From: Bdellovibrio sp.
GTDB taxonomy: Bacteria > Bdellovibrionota > Bdellovibrionia > Bdellovibrionales > Bdellovibrionaceae
Length of the DNA: 64,000 nt
Assembly (NCBI GenBank): GCA_036677065.1
Contig: JAKFBS010000001.1
Coordinates: forward strand, 96,001-160,000
Reading direction: 5' to 3'
Shown: positions 44,267 through 54,955 of the stretch, one piece after another
How positions within the stretch are numbered: the first letter of the stretch is position 1
How the letters are laid out: each line of letters opens with the position of its first letter
Translations under genes and position numbers: made by a program
The notes under the pieces: model-generated
What the model was told of the DNA's origin: nothing
The model's input: only the letters and a program-made list of their open reading frames with translations
Databases searched by the model: none

Positions 44267-45074
44267 CCAATTTAGAGTTAACATTTACAGGGTATTGCTT
44301 TTTTAATTTAGCGAAAAAATCATCGAATAAAGCTTTTCTTTTTTCGTCAAAAACCGCCATGCGGATTTCACGTTTTGTAGCTTCTTCGTATGAACGTTTG
44401 CCAGTTAATTTAAAGATATGAAATCCAAACGGAGTTTCTACTAAACCAGGAGTTACTTGGTTGATTTTTAATTTAAGTGCAGAATCATAGTACGAAGGCA
44501 CTAAAGTTAAACGCGACTGCCAGCCGATATCACCACCTAAGTTTTTAGTTGTTAAATCATCAGAGTACAAACGAACTAATTCTTCAAATGGACGTTTTGA
44601 TTTTAAAACTTCGCCTAAGATTTCAGTCGCACGTTTTTTAGCTTCTTCGCGCTGTTGAGCGGTAGCGCCTGGCTTAACTTCGATTAAAATATCTGAAACG
44701 CGAATTTGAGGATTTCTTGCGTAGTGTTCTTTCATCTCTTGGTCAGAAACTTTACTTTCCTGAACTTTTTGGCCTAATTCTTTTTCAAGTAAACCTTTGT
44801 AAAGCTCTTGGTTTAAACGGTCTTGAACCATTGGGTCTTTTTCTAGGTTACGCTTTTTAGCTTCTTGTAGACCAATTTCGTATCGAATCAGATCTTCTAA
44901 AAAAAGTTTGCGGCTTGGCATGTTAGTAATTACTTGCGAAGTCACTTCTTTGTACTTTTTGTTGAACTCATCTAGAGTGATTTTTTTATTTCCAACAGTT
45001 GCAACAACGTCAGAACCTTTTTGAGCAAAAGCCGATAAAGAAAAAGCTAGGCCTAATGATAAAATCCATTTCAT
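44259..45074 (-). CDS. Parvulin-type peptidyl-prolyl isomerase, exported
   Basis: Signal peptide MKWILSLGLAFSLSAFA; GGDIGW, VETPFGFHIFK. Confidence 0.9.
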   Translation of the reverse strand: MKWILSLGLAFSLSAFAQKGSDVVATVGNKKITLDEFNKKYKEVTSQVITNMPSRKLFLEDLIRYEIGLQEAKKRNLEKDPMVQDRLNQELYKGLLEKELGQKVQESKVSDQEMKEHYARNPQIRVSDILIEVKPGATAQQREEAKKRATEILGEVLKSKRPFEELVRLYSDDLTTKNLGGDIGWQSRLTLVPSYYDSALKLKINQVTPGLVETPFGFHIFKLTGKRSYEEATKREIRMAVFDEKRKALFDDFFAKLKKQYPVNVNSKLVE

Positions 45075-45148
45075 GTCGTAATTCCTTTTAGACGATGTAG
45101 TAGTCCTATATAAAATGATAAGGACTGCCCGAGGACTCGACAATGATT

Positions 45149-45793
45149 TTAAGTTAATTTGGCCGATTGGCTGCGTGCAGCATGGATCTGATTTTTCAGG
45201 GAATTTGCCAATTCAGGAGATCGTGGATCAGTAGTTTTATCGATTGTGAAATTAAACTCTAACCACAACACCGTTAGCTGGGCGAAAGGCTTGGGAAGAT
45301 AAGTTTTGTTCCATGATTTTGGAAAATGCCACGCGCGATCACAAGTAAGTGCGCCAGCAAAAATTGGCGCCTTCATTAAGCGAGCGATTTCAAACACACC
45401 GGGCTTTACTTCATAAATTGGACCCTTAGGACCATCAACAGCCATGCTGCAGTTTGAACCTTCTTTGCAAAACTTAAGTAAGCCCTTAAGTGCGGATACG
45501 CCGCCACGAGTAGCGGAGCCGCGCGAAGTTTTTGCGCCTAACAAATTAAGAACTGTATTCATCATCTCGCCGTCTTTTGACGTCGAAGTCATTGTTGCAA
45601 TTTTATATCTTGAAGCTAATGAAATCAGAGCCAGCTCATCGCCGTGAAAATGCGCCAAGATAAAAGGTTTTTTTTCTTTCATCATGGTTTTCATAGAATC
45701 AGGTTCAATGATGCGAACTTTCCAGGTCATCGACAGTGTTCTGTAAATGACCCAGATAATAAAACCTAGAATAAGGCCGCGAATTTTATGCAT
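45149..45793 (-). CDS. DUF374 lysophospholipid acyltransferase-family protein
   Basis: FHGD, STSKDGE, RGSATRGG, AVDGPKGP, SWNKTYLPKPF. Confidence 0.88.
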   Translation of the reverse strand: MHKIRGLILGFIIWVIYRTLSMTWKVRIIEPDSMKTMMKEKKPFILAHFHGDELALISLASRYKIATMTSTSKDGEMMNTVLNLLGAKTSRGSATRGGVSALKGLLKFCKEGSNCSMAVDGPKGPIYEVKPGVFEIARLMKAPIFAGALTCDRAWHFPKSWNKTYLPKPFAQLTVLWLEFNFTIDKTTDPRSPELANSLKNQIHAARSQSAKLT

Positions 45794-45800
45794 TAAAAAA

Positions 45801-46769
45801 TTAGTGGTGAAGAGCTTTTTTAAATTCTTCAGTTAGTTTTGGTAAAATTTCAAACGCATCGCCTACGATACCGTAAGTTGCTTTTTGAAAAATTGGAGCA
45901 TTTGGATCACTGTTAATCGCAACGATCACTTTTGAACCACTCATGCCAGCTAAATGTTGAATCGCGCCAGAAACACCAACAGCAATGTAAAGAGATGGAG
46001 CCACTGTTTTACCAGTTTGACCAACTTGCATACTGTGTGGAACCCAACCAGCATCAACAACTGCGCGTGACGCACCAACTGTTGCACCTAAAACATCTGC
46101 TAAATCATTTAAAAGTTTAAAGTTGCCTGCTTCTTTTAAGCCACGGCCGCCAGAAACGATAACGTTGGCTTCAGTTAAATCTAATTTTTCTGAAGTGCCT
46201 TTAACGATTTGTTTAATAATTGTTTTTAAAGAAGGAGCTGCAAAAGTGTGCTCAGTTGCAGGAGCTGTTTTTGAAGTATCAGCAGCGCCAACAAGCAATT
46301 GATTTGCGCGCATTAAAACGATTTTAATTGCTGAGTTTTCAAAAGTGCCTGTGGCAAAAACTTTTCCAGCGTATAGTGGTTTTTTAACTTTTACATCATC
46401 ACCAGAAATTGTGATTTCAGTGCCGTCAGAAATAACGCCAGCGTTTAACTTTGCAGCTACGCGCGGAAATAAATCTTTAGCTGTTGAACCAGCTGAAGCC
46501 AGAACGATCGTTGCACCTGTTTTTGTAATCACTTCAGAAACTGCAGCCGTAAACAATTCTGGGTTATACATGTCAAAAGAAGCATCTTTGATAAAATGGA
46601 TTTCTTGAGCACCATGGTGAGCAAGTTCTGCGTTTGCAGTTCCAGCTTGCGTACCAAGAGCAAAACCTAAAACTGTGTGACCAGACTTAGCGGCAAATTG
46701 TAAAAGCTCTTGAGAGCTTCTTTTAAGTTTATTGTTTTGAAATTCAGCAAATACTAAAATTTTAGACAT
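45801..46769 (-). CDS. etfA: Electron transfer flavoprotein alpha subunit
   Basis: VSGGRG, GASRAVVDAGW, QVGQTGK, GVSGAIQHLAG. Confidence 0.98.
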   Translation of the reverse strand: MSKILVFAEFQNNKLKRSSQELLQFAAKSGHTVLGFALGTQAGTANAELAHHGAQEIHFIKDASFDMYNPELFTAAVSEVITKTGATIVLASAGSTAKDLFPRVAAKLNAGVISDGTEITISGDDVKVKKPLYAGKVFATGTFENSAIKIVLMRANQLLVGAADTSKTAPATEHTFAAPSLKTIIKQIVKGTSEKLDLTEANVIVSGGRGLKEAGNFKLLNDLADVLGATVGASRAVVDAGWVPHSMQVGQTGKTVAPSLYIAVGVSGAIQHLAGMSGSKVIVAINSDPNAPIFQKATYGIVGDAFEILPKLTEEFKKALHH

Positions 46770-46777
46770 ATCGGCTC

Positions 46778-47554
46778 CTACAACACTTTCGCTTCGTCGC
46801 GAAGAAGTTTAATTAATTCAGCAGCTTGTGCCGAAGCATCGCCAGTTAAAAGTTTAACCGCTGGTTTATCAGCAGGTAATGTGAACTGAACATATTTCAC
46901 TTTTTGGTCAGTCGCAGCGATTCCTAAAGTTGAGAACTCAACTTCTTTGATCACTTTCTTTTTGGCTTTCATGATTCCAGGTAAGGATGCATAACGAGGC
47001 ATGTTTAAGCCTTTGTTTGCAGCAATTAGTGAAGGGTTCATCATTTGCACAACTTCTTTAGCTCCGCCTTCAGCATCACGTTCAACTAAAACGCTTTCGC
47101 CTTGGTTTTCAAATTTTGAAACCACAGATGTATGAGGGATTGATAAAAACTCAGCCACCATTTGTGGAACTGAAGATTGGTTAGCATCAATGGCTAATTT
47201 TCCAGTGAAAATTAAATGGGCTCCGCCTTCAGCTTTAATTGTCGCGGCTAAAGCTTTGGCTGTAGAGATAGCATCTAATTTTTCATCAGCATTAATTACG
47301 ATAGCTTCATCAGCGCCCATGGCTAAAGCAGTTCTTAATGATTCAACAGCGCGAGTTTTTGGTCCGGCAGTGATGGCCCATACTTGAGCTGTTGGATTTT
47401 TTTCTTTAAATTTTACAGCTTCTTCTACAGCAAATTCATCGTACGGGTTTAAAACCCATTTGATTCCAGCTGTGTCGATTCCATTTTGGTCAGCGGCAAC
47501 TTTGATTTTTGTTTCAGTGTCTGGCACTTGCTTAATGCACACGAAAATTTTCAT
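46778..47554 (-). CDS. etfB: Electron transfer flavoprotein beta subunit
   Basis: VCIKQVPD, NPYDEFAVEEA, ALAMGAD, PRYASLPGIMKAKKK; ATG 47554. Confidence 0.98.
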   Translation of the reverse strand: MKIFVCIKQVPDTETKIKVAADQNGIDTAGIKWVLNPYDEFAVEEAVKFKEKNPTAQVWAITAGPKTRAVESLRTALAMGADEAIVINADEKLDAISTAKALAATIKAEGGAHLIFTGKLAIDANQSSVPQMVAEFLSIPHTSVVSKFENQGESVLVERDAEGGAKEVVQMMNPSLIAANKGLNMPRYASLPGIMKAKKKVIKEVEFSTLGIAATDQKVKYVQFTLPADKPAVKLLTGDASAQAAELIKLLRDEAKVL

Positions 47555-47756
47555 GCGAAATACCTCGTTTCGGCGAAGCCGAAGGATTAATATTTGTTTA
47601 ATAAATGAACCCATTTGTTCTAGCGCAAGTGCCTGAAATCAGACAGTGAATTATAAAAATAACGTGACGCAAAATTTGGGCGGTAAAGTGAGGCGCAAAG
47701 TGACAATTTGTCGGCGCAAGGTTTATTGTAAGATGAAAACATTATGAGAAGGTGAA

Positions 47757-48428
47757 GTGTCTATGTTTGATTTCGTTAAATCGACAGTTGGTCGAAAATA
47801 CATCATGGGAATCTCTGGCTTGGTGTGGATGGGTTTTGTGCTCGCTCACATGGCGGGAAACATGCTTATTCTAGTGAGCCCTGATTTGTACAATGCTTAT
47901 GGCCATGCCATCGTTTCTAACAAAGCTGTGCTTTATGGTGCTGAATCAGTTTTAGTTTTAGCGCTGATCGTTCACGTAACAACGGCGATTTCATTAACAA
48001 TTGAAAATCGTAGAGCCAAAGGAACTCGTTACGCTGTAAGCGCAAGCGGCGAAAAAGCCGCAACCCTGGCATCGCGAACTATGGGCATGCAAGGCTCTGT
48101 GGTTTTGGCCTTCATCATTTTACACTTAGCCACTTTTAAATATGGAACTCATTACGACACAACTGTAAACGGCGTACAAATGCGCGATTTACATCGTTTG
48201 ATCGTGGAAGTGTTTCAACAACCTGGTTATGTGCTTTGGTATGTTGTAGCCTTAATTTTATTAATGTTCCACCTAAGCCACGGCGCGAGTTCAATTTTCC
48301 AATCTTTTGGTTTCTTAGAGAGAAAAATGCAAAAAGGTTTAAGAAAATTTGCATGGACTTACGCAATTATTGTTGTCGCTGGCTTTTTATCTCAACCCGC
48401 TTATGTATTTTTACTGAGAGGAAAATAA
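47757..48428 (+). CDS. sdhC: Succinate dehydrogenase cytochrome b558 subunit
   Basis: [15 protein letters not shown], four heme-ligand His in TM helices, HLSHG. Confidence 0.93.
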   Translation: MSMFDFVKSTVGRKYIMGISGLVWMGFVLAHMAGNMLILVSPDLYNAYGHAIVSNKAVLYGAESVLVLALIVHVTTAISLTIENRRAKGTRYAVSASGEKAATLASRTMGMQGSVVLAFIILHLATFKYGTHYDTTVNGVQMRDLHRLIVEVFQQPGYVLWYVVALILLMFHLSHGASSIFQSFGFLERKMQKGLRKFAWTYAIIVVAGFLSQPAYVFLLRGK

Positions 48429-48429
48429 T

Positions 48430-50346
48430 ATGTCGTCTAAATTAGATAGCAAAATTCCTAGTGGCTCGATCGACCAAAAATGGACGAAACACAAGTTCGA
48501 CATGAAGTTAATCAATCCAGCAAATAAACGTAAGCATTCGGTTATCGTTATTGGAACTGGTCTTGCTGGCGCGTCTGCGGCGTCGTCGCTGGGTGAACTT
48601 GGTTATAAAGTAAAAGCATTCTGCGTGCATGAATCTCCACGTCGCGCCCATTCAGTGGCGGCACAAGGCGGAATCAATGCTGCAAAAAATTATCAAAATG
48701 ATGGCGATTCAGTTTATCGTTTATTCTATGACACTGTTAAGGGCGGAGACTTTCGTGCGCGCGAAGCCAACGTTCATCGTTTAGCAGAAGTGTCTGTAAA
48801 CATTATCGATCAAGCTGTTGCTTCAGGTGTTCCATTAGCGCGTGAATATGGCGGCTTATTATCAAACCGTTCATTCGGCGGATCACAAGTATCACGCACG
48901 TTCTATGCGCGCGGACAAACTGGTCAGCAATTGTTATTAGGTGCGTACTCTTCAATGATGCGCCAAGTGGATTTAGGAACTGTTGAACTATACACTCGTC
49001 GCGAAATGTTAGATCTAGTTGTCATTGATGGTAAAGCGCGTGGCGTGATTGTCAGAAATTTATTAACTGGCGAAATCGAATCTCATGAAGCAGATGCTGT
49101 AATCGTTGCTTCTGGCGGATATTCAAACGTATTTTATTTATCAACAAACGCGATGGCGTGTGCGGTAACAGCTGCTTGGAAAGCTCATAAAAAAGGAGCG
49201 TTCTTCGCAAACCCTTGTTACACACAAATTCACCCGACTTGTATTCCTGTACACGGTGAAAACCAATCTAAACTTACATTGATGTCTGAATCATTACGTA
49301 ATGACGGTCGTATTTGGGCGCCATTGAAAAAAGGCGACGCTCGCTTAGGAAATGATATTCCAGAATCAGAGCGCGATTACTTCTTAGAGCGCGTTTACCC
49401 AAGCTTTGGTAACCTGGCTCCACGCGACGTAGCTTCGCGCCAGGCTAAATACCGCGTTGATGAAGGTCACGGTGCTTTAGGTGAAAAATCAGTTTTCTTA
49501 GATTTCAAAGACAGTATTAAACGTTTAGGCGAAGATAAAGTAGCTGAGCGCTACGGAAATCTTTTTCAGATGTATGATAAAATCACTGGCGAAAATCCAT
49601 ACAAACAACCGATGAGAATTTTCCCAGCTCCGCATTACACAATGGGCGGCTTGTGGGTAGATTACAATCTTGAATCAACTATTCCTGGTTTATTCGTAGC
49701 TGGCGAAGCGAACTTCTCTGATCACGGTGCAAATCGTTTAGGGGCTTCAGCGTTAATGCAAGGTTTAGCCGATGGATATTTTGTATTGCCGTACACAATC
49801 GGTAACTACATCGCGAATACCAAGTTAGGTAAAGTTGAAACAACAAACGATGCGTTCAAACACGCGGCGAACGAAACACAAACTGAATTGAGCAAATTCT
49901 TAAGCGTTAAAGGTTCAAGATCAGTTGAATCTCTACATAAAGAACTTGGCCACATCATGTGGGAAAAATGCGGTATGGCTCGCGACAAAGCGGGTCTTAC
50001 AGAAGCTATTTCTAAAATTCAGAACTTACGTAAAGAATTCCATTCAAATGTTAATGTTCCTGGCGAAGCTAAAGGCATTAATAATGAATTAGAAAAAGCA
50101 GGCCGCGTAGCAGACTTCATCGAGCTTGGTGAATTAATGTGTCGTGATGCCTTAACTCGTGAAGAATCTTGCGGCGGTCACTTTAGATCTGAATATCAGG
50201 TTGATGGTGAAGCAAAACGTGATGATGAAAAATTCTGTCACGCAGCTGCTTGGGAGTGGAATGGCTCTGCAGATAAAGCACAGAATCGTCACCAAGAAGA
50301 ACTAACTTTCGACAACGTCCATTTGGCGACACGTTCGTATAAATAG
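48430..50346 (+). CDS. sdhA: Succinate dehydrogenase/fumarate reductase flavoprotein
   Basis: [36 protein letters not shown]. Confidence 0.97.
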   Translation: MSSKLDSKIPSGSIDQKWTKHKFDMKLINPANKRKHSVIVIGTGLAGASAASSLGELGYKVKAFCVHESPRRAHSVAAQGGINAAKNYQNDGDSVYRLFYDTVKGGDFRAREANVHRLAEVSVNIIDQAVASGVPLAREYGGLLSNRSFGGSQVSRTFYARGQTGQQLLLGAYSSMMRQVDLGTVELYTRREMLDLVVIDGKARGVIVRNLLTGEIESHEADAVIVASGGYSNVFYLSTNAMACAVTAAWKAHKKGAFFANPCYTQIHPTCIPVHGENQSKLTLMSESLRNDGRIWAPLKKGDARLGNDIPESERDYFLERVYPSFGNLAPRDVASRQAKYRVDEGHGALGEKSVFLDFKDSIKRLGEDKVAERYGNLFQMYDKITGENPYKQPMRIFPAPHYTMGGLWVDYNLESTIPGLFVAGEANFSDHGANRLGASALMQGLADGYFVLPYTIGNYIANTKLGKVETTNDAFKHAANETQTELSKFLSVKGSRSVESLHKELGHIMWEKCGMARDKAGLTEAISKIQNLRKEFHSNVNVPGEAKGINNELEKAGRVADFIELGELMCRDALTREESCGGHFRSEYQVDGEAKRDDEKFCHAAAWEWNGSADKAQNRHQEELTFDNVHLATRSYK

Positions 50347-50358
50347 GCTGAGGAATAT

Positions 50359-51153
50359 ATGGGAATTGCAAAACCAACGATCAATTTAAAATTAAAAGTT
50401 TGGCGCCAAAAAAACAGTAGCTCTAAAGGCGAATTTAAAAATTACGACGCAAAAAACGTATCTCCAGATGCGTCTTTCTTAGAGATGTTAGATGCTGTAA
50501 ATGAAGAGCTGATCAATAAAAACGAAGAGCCAATTTTATTCGACCATGACTGCCGCGAAGGTATTTGTGGAAGCTGCGGTTTCATGATTAACGGAAACGC
50601 GCACGGCCCACAAAAATCAACAACTGTGTGCCAGTTGCACATGCGCGCTTTTAAAGATGGTGAAACATTAGTGCTAGAACCATGGAGAGCATCTGCATTT
50701 CCAATTCTAAAAGACTTAGTTGCTGATCGTTCAGCTTTTGACCGCATTATTAAATCTGGCGGCTACATTTCTGTAAACACGGGTAATGCTCGCGATGCAA
50801 ATAACATTTTAATTCCAAAACCAGACGCTGATGAAGCTATGGCTTCTGCAACCTGCATTGGTTGTGGTGCGTGCGTTGCTTCTTGTAAAAATGCTTCTGC
50901 CGCCCTATTCACTTCTGCAAAAATTCAACATATGGCATTGCTTCCGCAAGGTAAAGTTGAGCGCGCTCAACGTGCACTTGATATGACAGAGCAAATGGAT
51001 GCTGAAGGTTTCGGAGCTTGCTCTACAACAGGATCATGTTCTGTGGCTTGTCCGAAAGATATTTCATTAATTAATATCGCGACAATGAATCGCGAATTAT
51101 TAAAAGCTACGATCACAAAACAAGAAGAACATTCTGGTGGCGGCGACGGCTAG
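50359..51153 (+). CDS. sdhB: Succinate dehydrogenase/fumarate reductase Fe-S subunit
   Basis: [23 protein letters not shown]...CP. Confidence 0.97.
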   Translation: MGIAKPTINLKLKVWRQKNSSSKGEFKNYDAKNVSPDASFLEMLDAVNEELINKNEEPILFDHDCREGICGSCGFMINGNAHGPQKSTTVCQLHMRAFKDGETLVLEPWRASAFPILKDLVADRSAFDRIIKSGGYISVNTGNARDANNILIPKPDADEAMASATCIGCGACVASCKNASAALFTSAKIQHMALLPQGKVERAQRALDMTEQMDAEGFGACSTTGSCSVACPKDISLINIATMNRELLKATITKQEEHSGGGDG

Positions 51154-52094
51154 TGAAAGACTTTATTAAGATCTTTTTAGTTTTAATTACAGTAGTAGTG
51201 GCCTTTGTATTTGGCCGCAGCTACGGCGAACAATCGATCTTAGAGTCTAAAGAATTTAAAGATAACAAAAGCAGTCAGGCTGAAAATGCACGCGCCGAAG
51301 AAGAACTGAAACTTATGAAAGATAAGTTTCAAAGCTTACTAGATAGCGCGGATTTAAAAAAAGCCGACGAAGTTTACGGTAAAATGATGACTTTGTTTTT
51401 AGTCGATCTTGGCCTACGCATTTCAGAGCAACAGCAAAAAGATTTAGACGCTGGCAAGTCACAACTCTTAATTTGTGCGGCTCAATCAGGGCAATCCCCA
51501 GCTATAAAACCGCCCCAAGCCCCGGCTCAAGCTTCTATTCCTAAAACATTGCCCGAAGAAGCAGAAGAGGCTCCTAAAGCACCGAAGTTTTCTCAAGTAG
51601 CGCCCGGGCGATTTAAATCTACAGAATGGACTCTTGTTAATAGCAACTCAAATTCAGAAATTTTAAAAAATCTTGAAAAAGTAAAGTTAACTAATATAGA
51701 TGCTTTCTTGGTCGCGGCTCCTGAAACGCCATTTTCAAATTTACAAAAATACTATGGAACATTTCGCGGCCGTGTAGCTGCCGTTGATGGTTCAAATTAT
51801 GGTTCATTGGTTATGACGATTGGTCCGCATGCAGAAAAAGCCGATAATGTTTCTGGTGAAGTGCAATTTTATCGTGGTGGCAAAGCCGAATCGACGTCTA
51901 CTTTCAATGGCGCCACTTGGGGGTATACACCGACGGGTTACCAAGGAAATATGGTTAGCATGGGTGGAAGATTTTTACAGATTTATAAAATTGAATCCGC
52001 AGATAAAATTGCCGGAAATTTCTATGAACGTCTTCCCAACGGCACAACAAAACTTATCGGAAGCTTTGTTTTAAATCGTACTGATCGTATTTAG
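51153..52094 (+). CDS. Hypothetical membrane-anchored protein (coiled coil, Pro-rich linker, beta-rich C-domain)
   Basis: 313-aa ORF, N-terminal TM; GTG overlaps sdhB stop. Confidence 0.7.
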   Translation: MKDFIKIFLVLITVVVAFVFGRSYGEQSILESKEFKDNKSSQAENARAEEELKLMKDKFQSLLDSADLKKADEVYGKMMTLFLVDLGLRISEQQQKDLDAGKSQLLICAAQSGQSPAIKPPQAPAQASIPKTLPEEAEEAPKAPKFSQVAPGRFKSTEWTLVNSNSNSEILKNLEKVKLTNIDAFLVAAPETPFSNLQKYYGTFRGRVAAVDGSNYGSLVMTIGPHAEKADNVSGEVQFYRGGKAESTSTFNGATWGYTPTGYQGNMVSMGGRFLQIYKIESADKIAGNFYERLPNGTTKLIGSFVLNRTDRI

Positions 52095-52543
52095 TTTTCT
52101 ATACAAGTCGGCAATTCATCAGCAGAAAATTTAAGAACGACATCTTTATCTAAGGGCAAAACCGTTTTGCTTGAATTATATTTTTGTATAACTTTAACGC
52201 CCGCGACTCCAACTGATAAATTAGAAAACGAACCCCCGCGTAAAACTTCCTGTTTAATTTCTAGATATGGAAACCCAGAAAGTAGCGTAGAGTCTTGTAA
52301 AGCTTGTGTGGCGCGCATTTCAAAAGAACCAGAAAAATCTTTTTTGGTTTCATGAGTAACTACATCAATAACGTTCATCGGGCGGTATCCCTTAGTCATT
52401 AAGGCTTCAGTGATTTCGTCAGGCGTGGTGTTTGGAACAATTAAACTGCAACCTTTCACTTGGTAAGCCCCGATTTGACTGGCGAAAGCCGAAAGTGAAA
52501 TTAAGCAACTGGCCACGATATAAAATTTAAATAAATTTTTCAT
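52091..52543 (-). CDS. Hypothetical secreted protein
   Basis: Signal peptide MKNLFKFYIVASCLISLSAFA; Cys pair near the termini. Confidence 0.65.
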   Translation of the reverse strand: MKNLFKFYIVASCLISLSAFASQIGAYQVKGCSLIVPNTTPDEITEALMTKGYRPMNVIDVVTHETKKDFSGSFEMRATQALQDSTLLSGFPYLEIKQEVLRGGSFSNLSVGVAGVKVIQKYNSSKTVLPLDKDVVLKFSADELPTCIEN

Positions 52544-52823
52544 ACATAGAGAGGGTGCAAAAAGCCTCGCGTTTTTGAATCGCATATCGCTGAGGTGAAT
52601 GTACCATTTTGAGACGGCTCACTAATGACACGACAGCCACAGCCGCAACTTGTTACACAGATTTAAATTTATTTTTAAACTTACTAACCTTTAAAAATCG
52701 CGTCATCCGTCTCACTTACGTACGTTAGTTCAGGAAGAACTAAACACAACGATGATTTGCACCCTGACAAAAGTCTACATTCCTGGACCTATTCTGACGA
52801 AGAGAATCATAGGTAGGGTGCAA

Positions 52824-53066
52824 ATGAAAAAAGCCAGCGATTTATTGAAAGAAATGGGATTCAACCAAAATGCCCCCGTTGCAACGCAAGAAGCATTTTT
52901 GAAACATCTTATCAAAGCCGCTACGGGAGCCAATGTTGTGACTCCGACCGAGAAAAAAATTATCCAAGAAAACCCCGATAAAATCGTACAATTTCCGAAA
53001 CAATTATCTTTTGATTTTGTCGACGAAGAAAACTTAGCGCCTGCGAAAAAATCCAAAAAGGCGTAA
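52824..53066 (+). CDS. Small hypothetical protein with QLSFDF motif
   Basis: AGGG RBS-like, ATG 52824, 80 aa. Confidence 0.7.
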   Translation: MKKASDLLKEMGFNQNAPVATQEAFLKHLIKAATGANVVTPTEKKIIQENPDKIVQFPKQLSFDFVDEENLAPAKKSKKA

Positions 53067-53194
53067 CAATAAATTTTATTAAATGCTAGTTTTCCCCTAG
53101 CCGTTTTGCCAGTTTCAGTCTGGAACCAACAACTAGACTGTTTAGTAAACAAGCACGTGCTAATATTTTTCGTAAGTTAAGGGGAAACACCACC

Positions 53195-54826
53195 ATGAAA
53201 AAGAATTTTTCTAAAGTAGGCGCAGTAGCGGCGACAATGATGTTAGCTATCACTGCAAACGCAAAATTTACAACTGAGTCTGTACCGGGCGAATTTGTTG
53301 TAAAATTAAAACCAGGAATGATGCGCTTATCAACGCAATCACTTTCTACACAGCTTAATGGGTTTGTAACTCAAAAGATTTCTGGACAAGACATTGTCGT
53401 AGTTAAAAAAGCTGTATTTCAAACTAATGATTCAGCAATTAAATCATTAAATGAAAATCCAATGGTTGAGATCGCAGAACCAAATTTCATTTACAAAATT
53501 AACAAAGCTCCAACTGATCCAATGTATTTACAAACTTGGGGTTTAGGTAACGTTGGCCAGGCAGATCCAAAAAATCAAGTTGGTGTTGCTGGAATCGATA
53601 TCAATGCAGAGCGCGCTTGGGAAATCCAAACAGGAACTCGCGAAAAGATTATTGCGATCATCGATACAGGTATTGATCACACTCACCCTGATTTAGTTGA
53701 TAATATGTGGCAAAATGAAGCTGAAGCAAACGGAACAGCTGGCGTAGATGATGATAACAACGGTGTTGTTGATGATATCTATGGTTACAATGCTATTAAT
53801 AATTCTGGTAATTCAAAAGATGACCAAGGTCACGGTTCTCACTGTGCCGGAACAATCGGAGCTCGCGCAAATAACGGTATCGGCGTTGCTGGTGTAAACT
53901 GGAATGTTCGCATGATGTCAGTTAAATTTTTAGATGCTGGTGGATCTGGTTCTTTAGCTGATGCTATCAAAGCTATCGACTACGCAACTAAAATGGGTGC
54001 GCATGTAATGTCGAACTCTTGGGGCGGCGGCGGATTTTCGCAAACTCTATTAGATGCTATCGAACGTTCAAATGCAGCTGGCGCGATCTTTATCGCAGCA
54101 GCAGGTAATGAGTATAACAATAATGATAACTCACCTACTTACCCATCTACATACCAAGCAACAAACGTAATGTCGGTTGCAGCGATTGATAATCGTGGTG
54201 CTAAAGCAGATTTTTCTAACTATGGTAAAAAGACAGTTCATTTAGGAGCTCCTGGTGTGAATGTTATGTCGACTACTGGTGGTTCTTATAAATCTTACTC
54301 TGGAACTTCAATGGCAACCCCACACGTTGCTGGTGTTGCCGCTTTATTATGGGCAAATGAGCCAAACTTAACTGCTGCTGAAGTAAAAGCAAGATTAGTT
54401 GCTACGGTTAGACCTTTAGCTTCTATGAAAGGTAAAACTAGAACTGGCGGTATGGTTGATGCTTACGGTGCTTTAACAAACACACAAGCTCCACCTGATG
54501 CAAATGATCCATCTAACTGGGCAACAGTTTCTATGGATTTCAAATCTGAGTCTCCGTACAAACCAAACACAAACCAAGTGTTTGAAGTTTCGGTTCCGGG
54601 CGCGAAAGAATTCGCAGTTTACTTTGAAAAATTTAATGTTGAATCTGGCTATGACTTCGTAACTATTTACGATTCAAAAGGAACTAAAGTTCAAACCTTA
54701 ACTGGTTCATTAGACGAGTCTTTTTCAATGACGATTACTGGCGAATCAGCTCGTATCGAATTTAAATCAGACAAATCAGTTGAAAAATCTGGTTGGACAA
54801 TTACAAAAGCTGCTTACAGACAGTAA
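53195..54826 (+). CDS. Secreted S8 subtilisin-like serine protease with C-terminal CUB-like domain
   Basis: Signal and prodomain; IIDTG, HGSHCAG, AAGN, GTSMATP; FNVESGYDFVTIYD...FKSDKSV CUB-like. Confidence 0.95.
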   Translation: MKKNFSKVGAVAATMMLAITANAKFTTESVPGEFVVKLKPGMMRLSTQSLSTQLNGFVTQKISGQDIVVVKKAVFQTNDSAIKSLNENPMVEIAEPNFIYKINKAPTDPMYLQTWGLGNVGQADPKNQVGVAGIDINAERAWEIQTGTREKIIAIIDTGIDHTHPDLVDNMWQNEAEANGTAGVDDDNNGVVDDIYGYNAINNSGNSKDDQGHGSHCAGTIGARANNGIGVAGVNWNVRMMSVKFLDAGGSGSLADAIKAIDYATKMGAHVMSNSWGGGGFSQTLLDAIERSNAAGAIFIAAAGNEYNNNDNSPTYPSTYQATNVMSVAAIDNRGAKADFSNYGKKTVHLGAPGVNVMSTTGGSYKSYSGTSMATPHVAGVAALLWANEPNLTAAEVKARLVATVRPLASMKGKTRTGGMVDAYGALTNTQAPPDANDPSNWATVSMDFKSESPYKPNTNQVFEVSVPGAKEFAVYFEKFNVESGYDFVTIYDSKGTKVQTLTGSLDESFSMTITGESARIEFKSDKSVEKSGWTITKAAYRQ

Positions 54827-54897
54827 TTTAATCCGATTAGTTTGTTTGCTGGATTTACGAATAGTTTTTCCAGCGAAATTCAGATAAATTCGAATTC

Positions 54898-54935
54898 AAA
54901 AAAATTGCAAAGCTAAAACTTTGCAATTTTTTTTT
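54898..54935 (+). terminator. Intrinsic terminator after subtilase
   Basis: AAAAAAATTGCAAAG-N6-CTTTGCAATTTTTTTTT. Confidence 0.8.
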
Positions 54936-54955
54936 GCACGAAGCAGGTTGAAAGT

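Noticed and set aside
39938..47554. Block transcribed head-on to replication as a recent inversion
   Set aside because: No recombinase or inverted boundary repeats visible; cannot be judged without related genomes.
53080..53107. FliA-like promoter upstream of the subtilase (TAAA-N16-GCCGTTTT)
   Set aside because: The -10 element deviates from GCCGATAA; too weak without TSS data.
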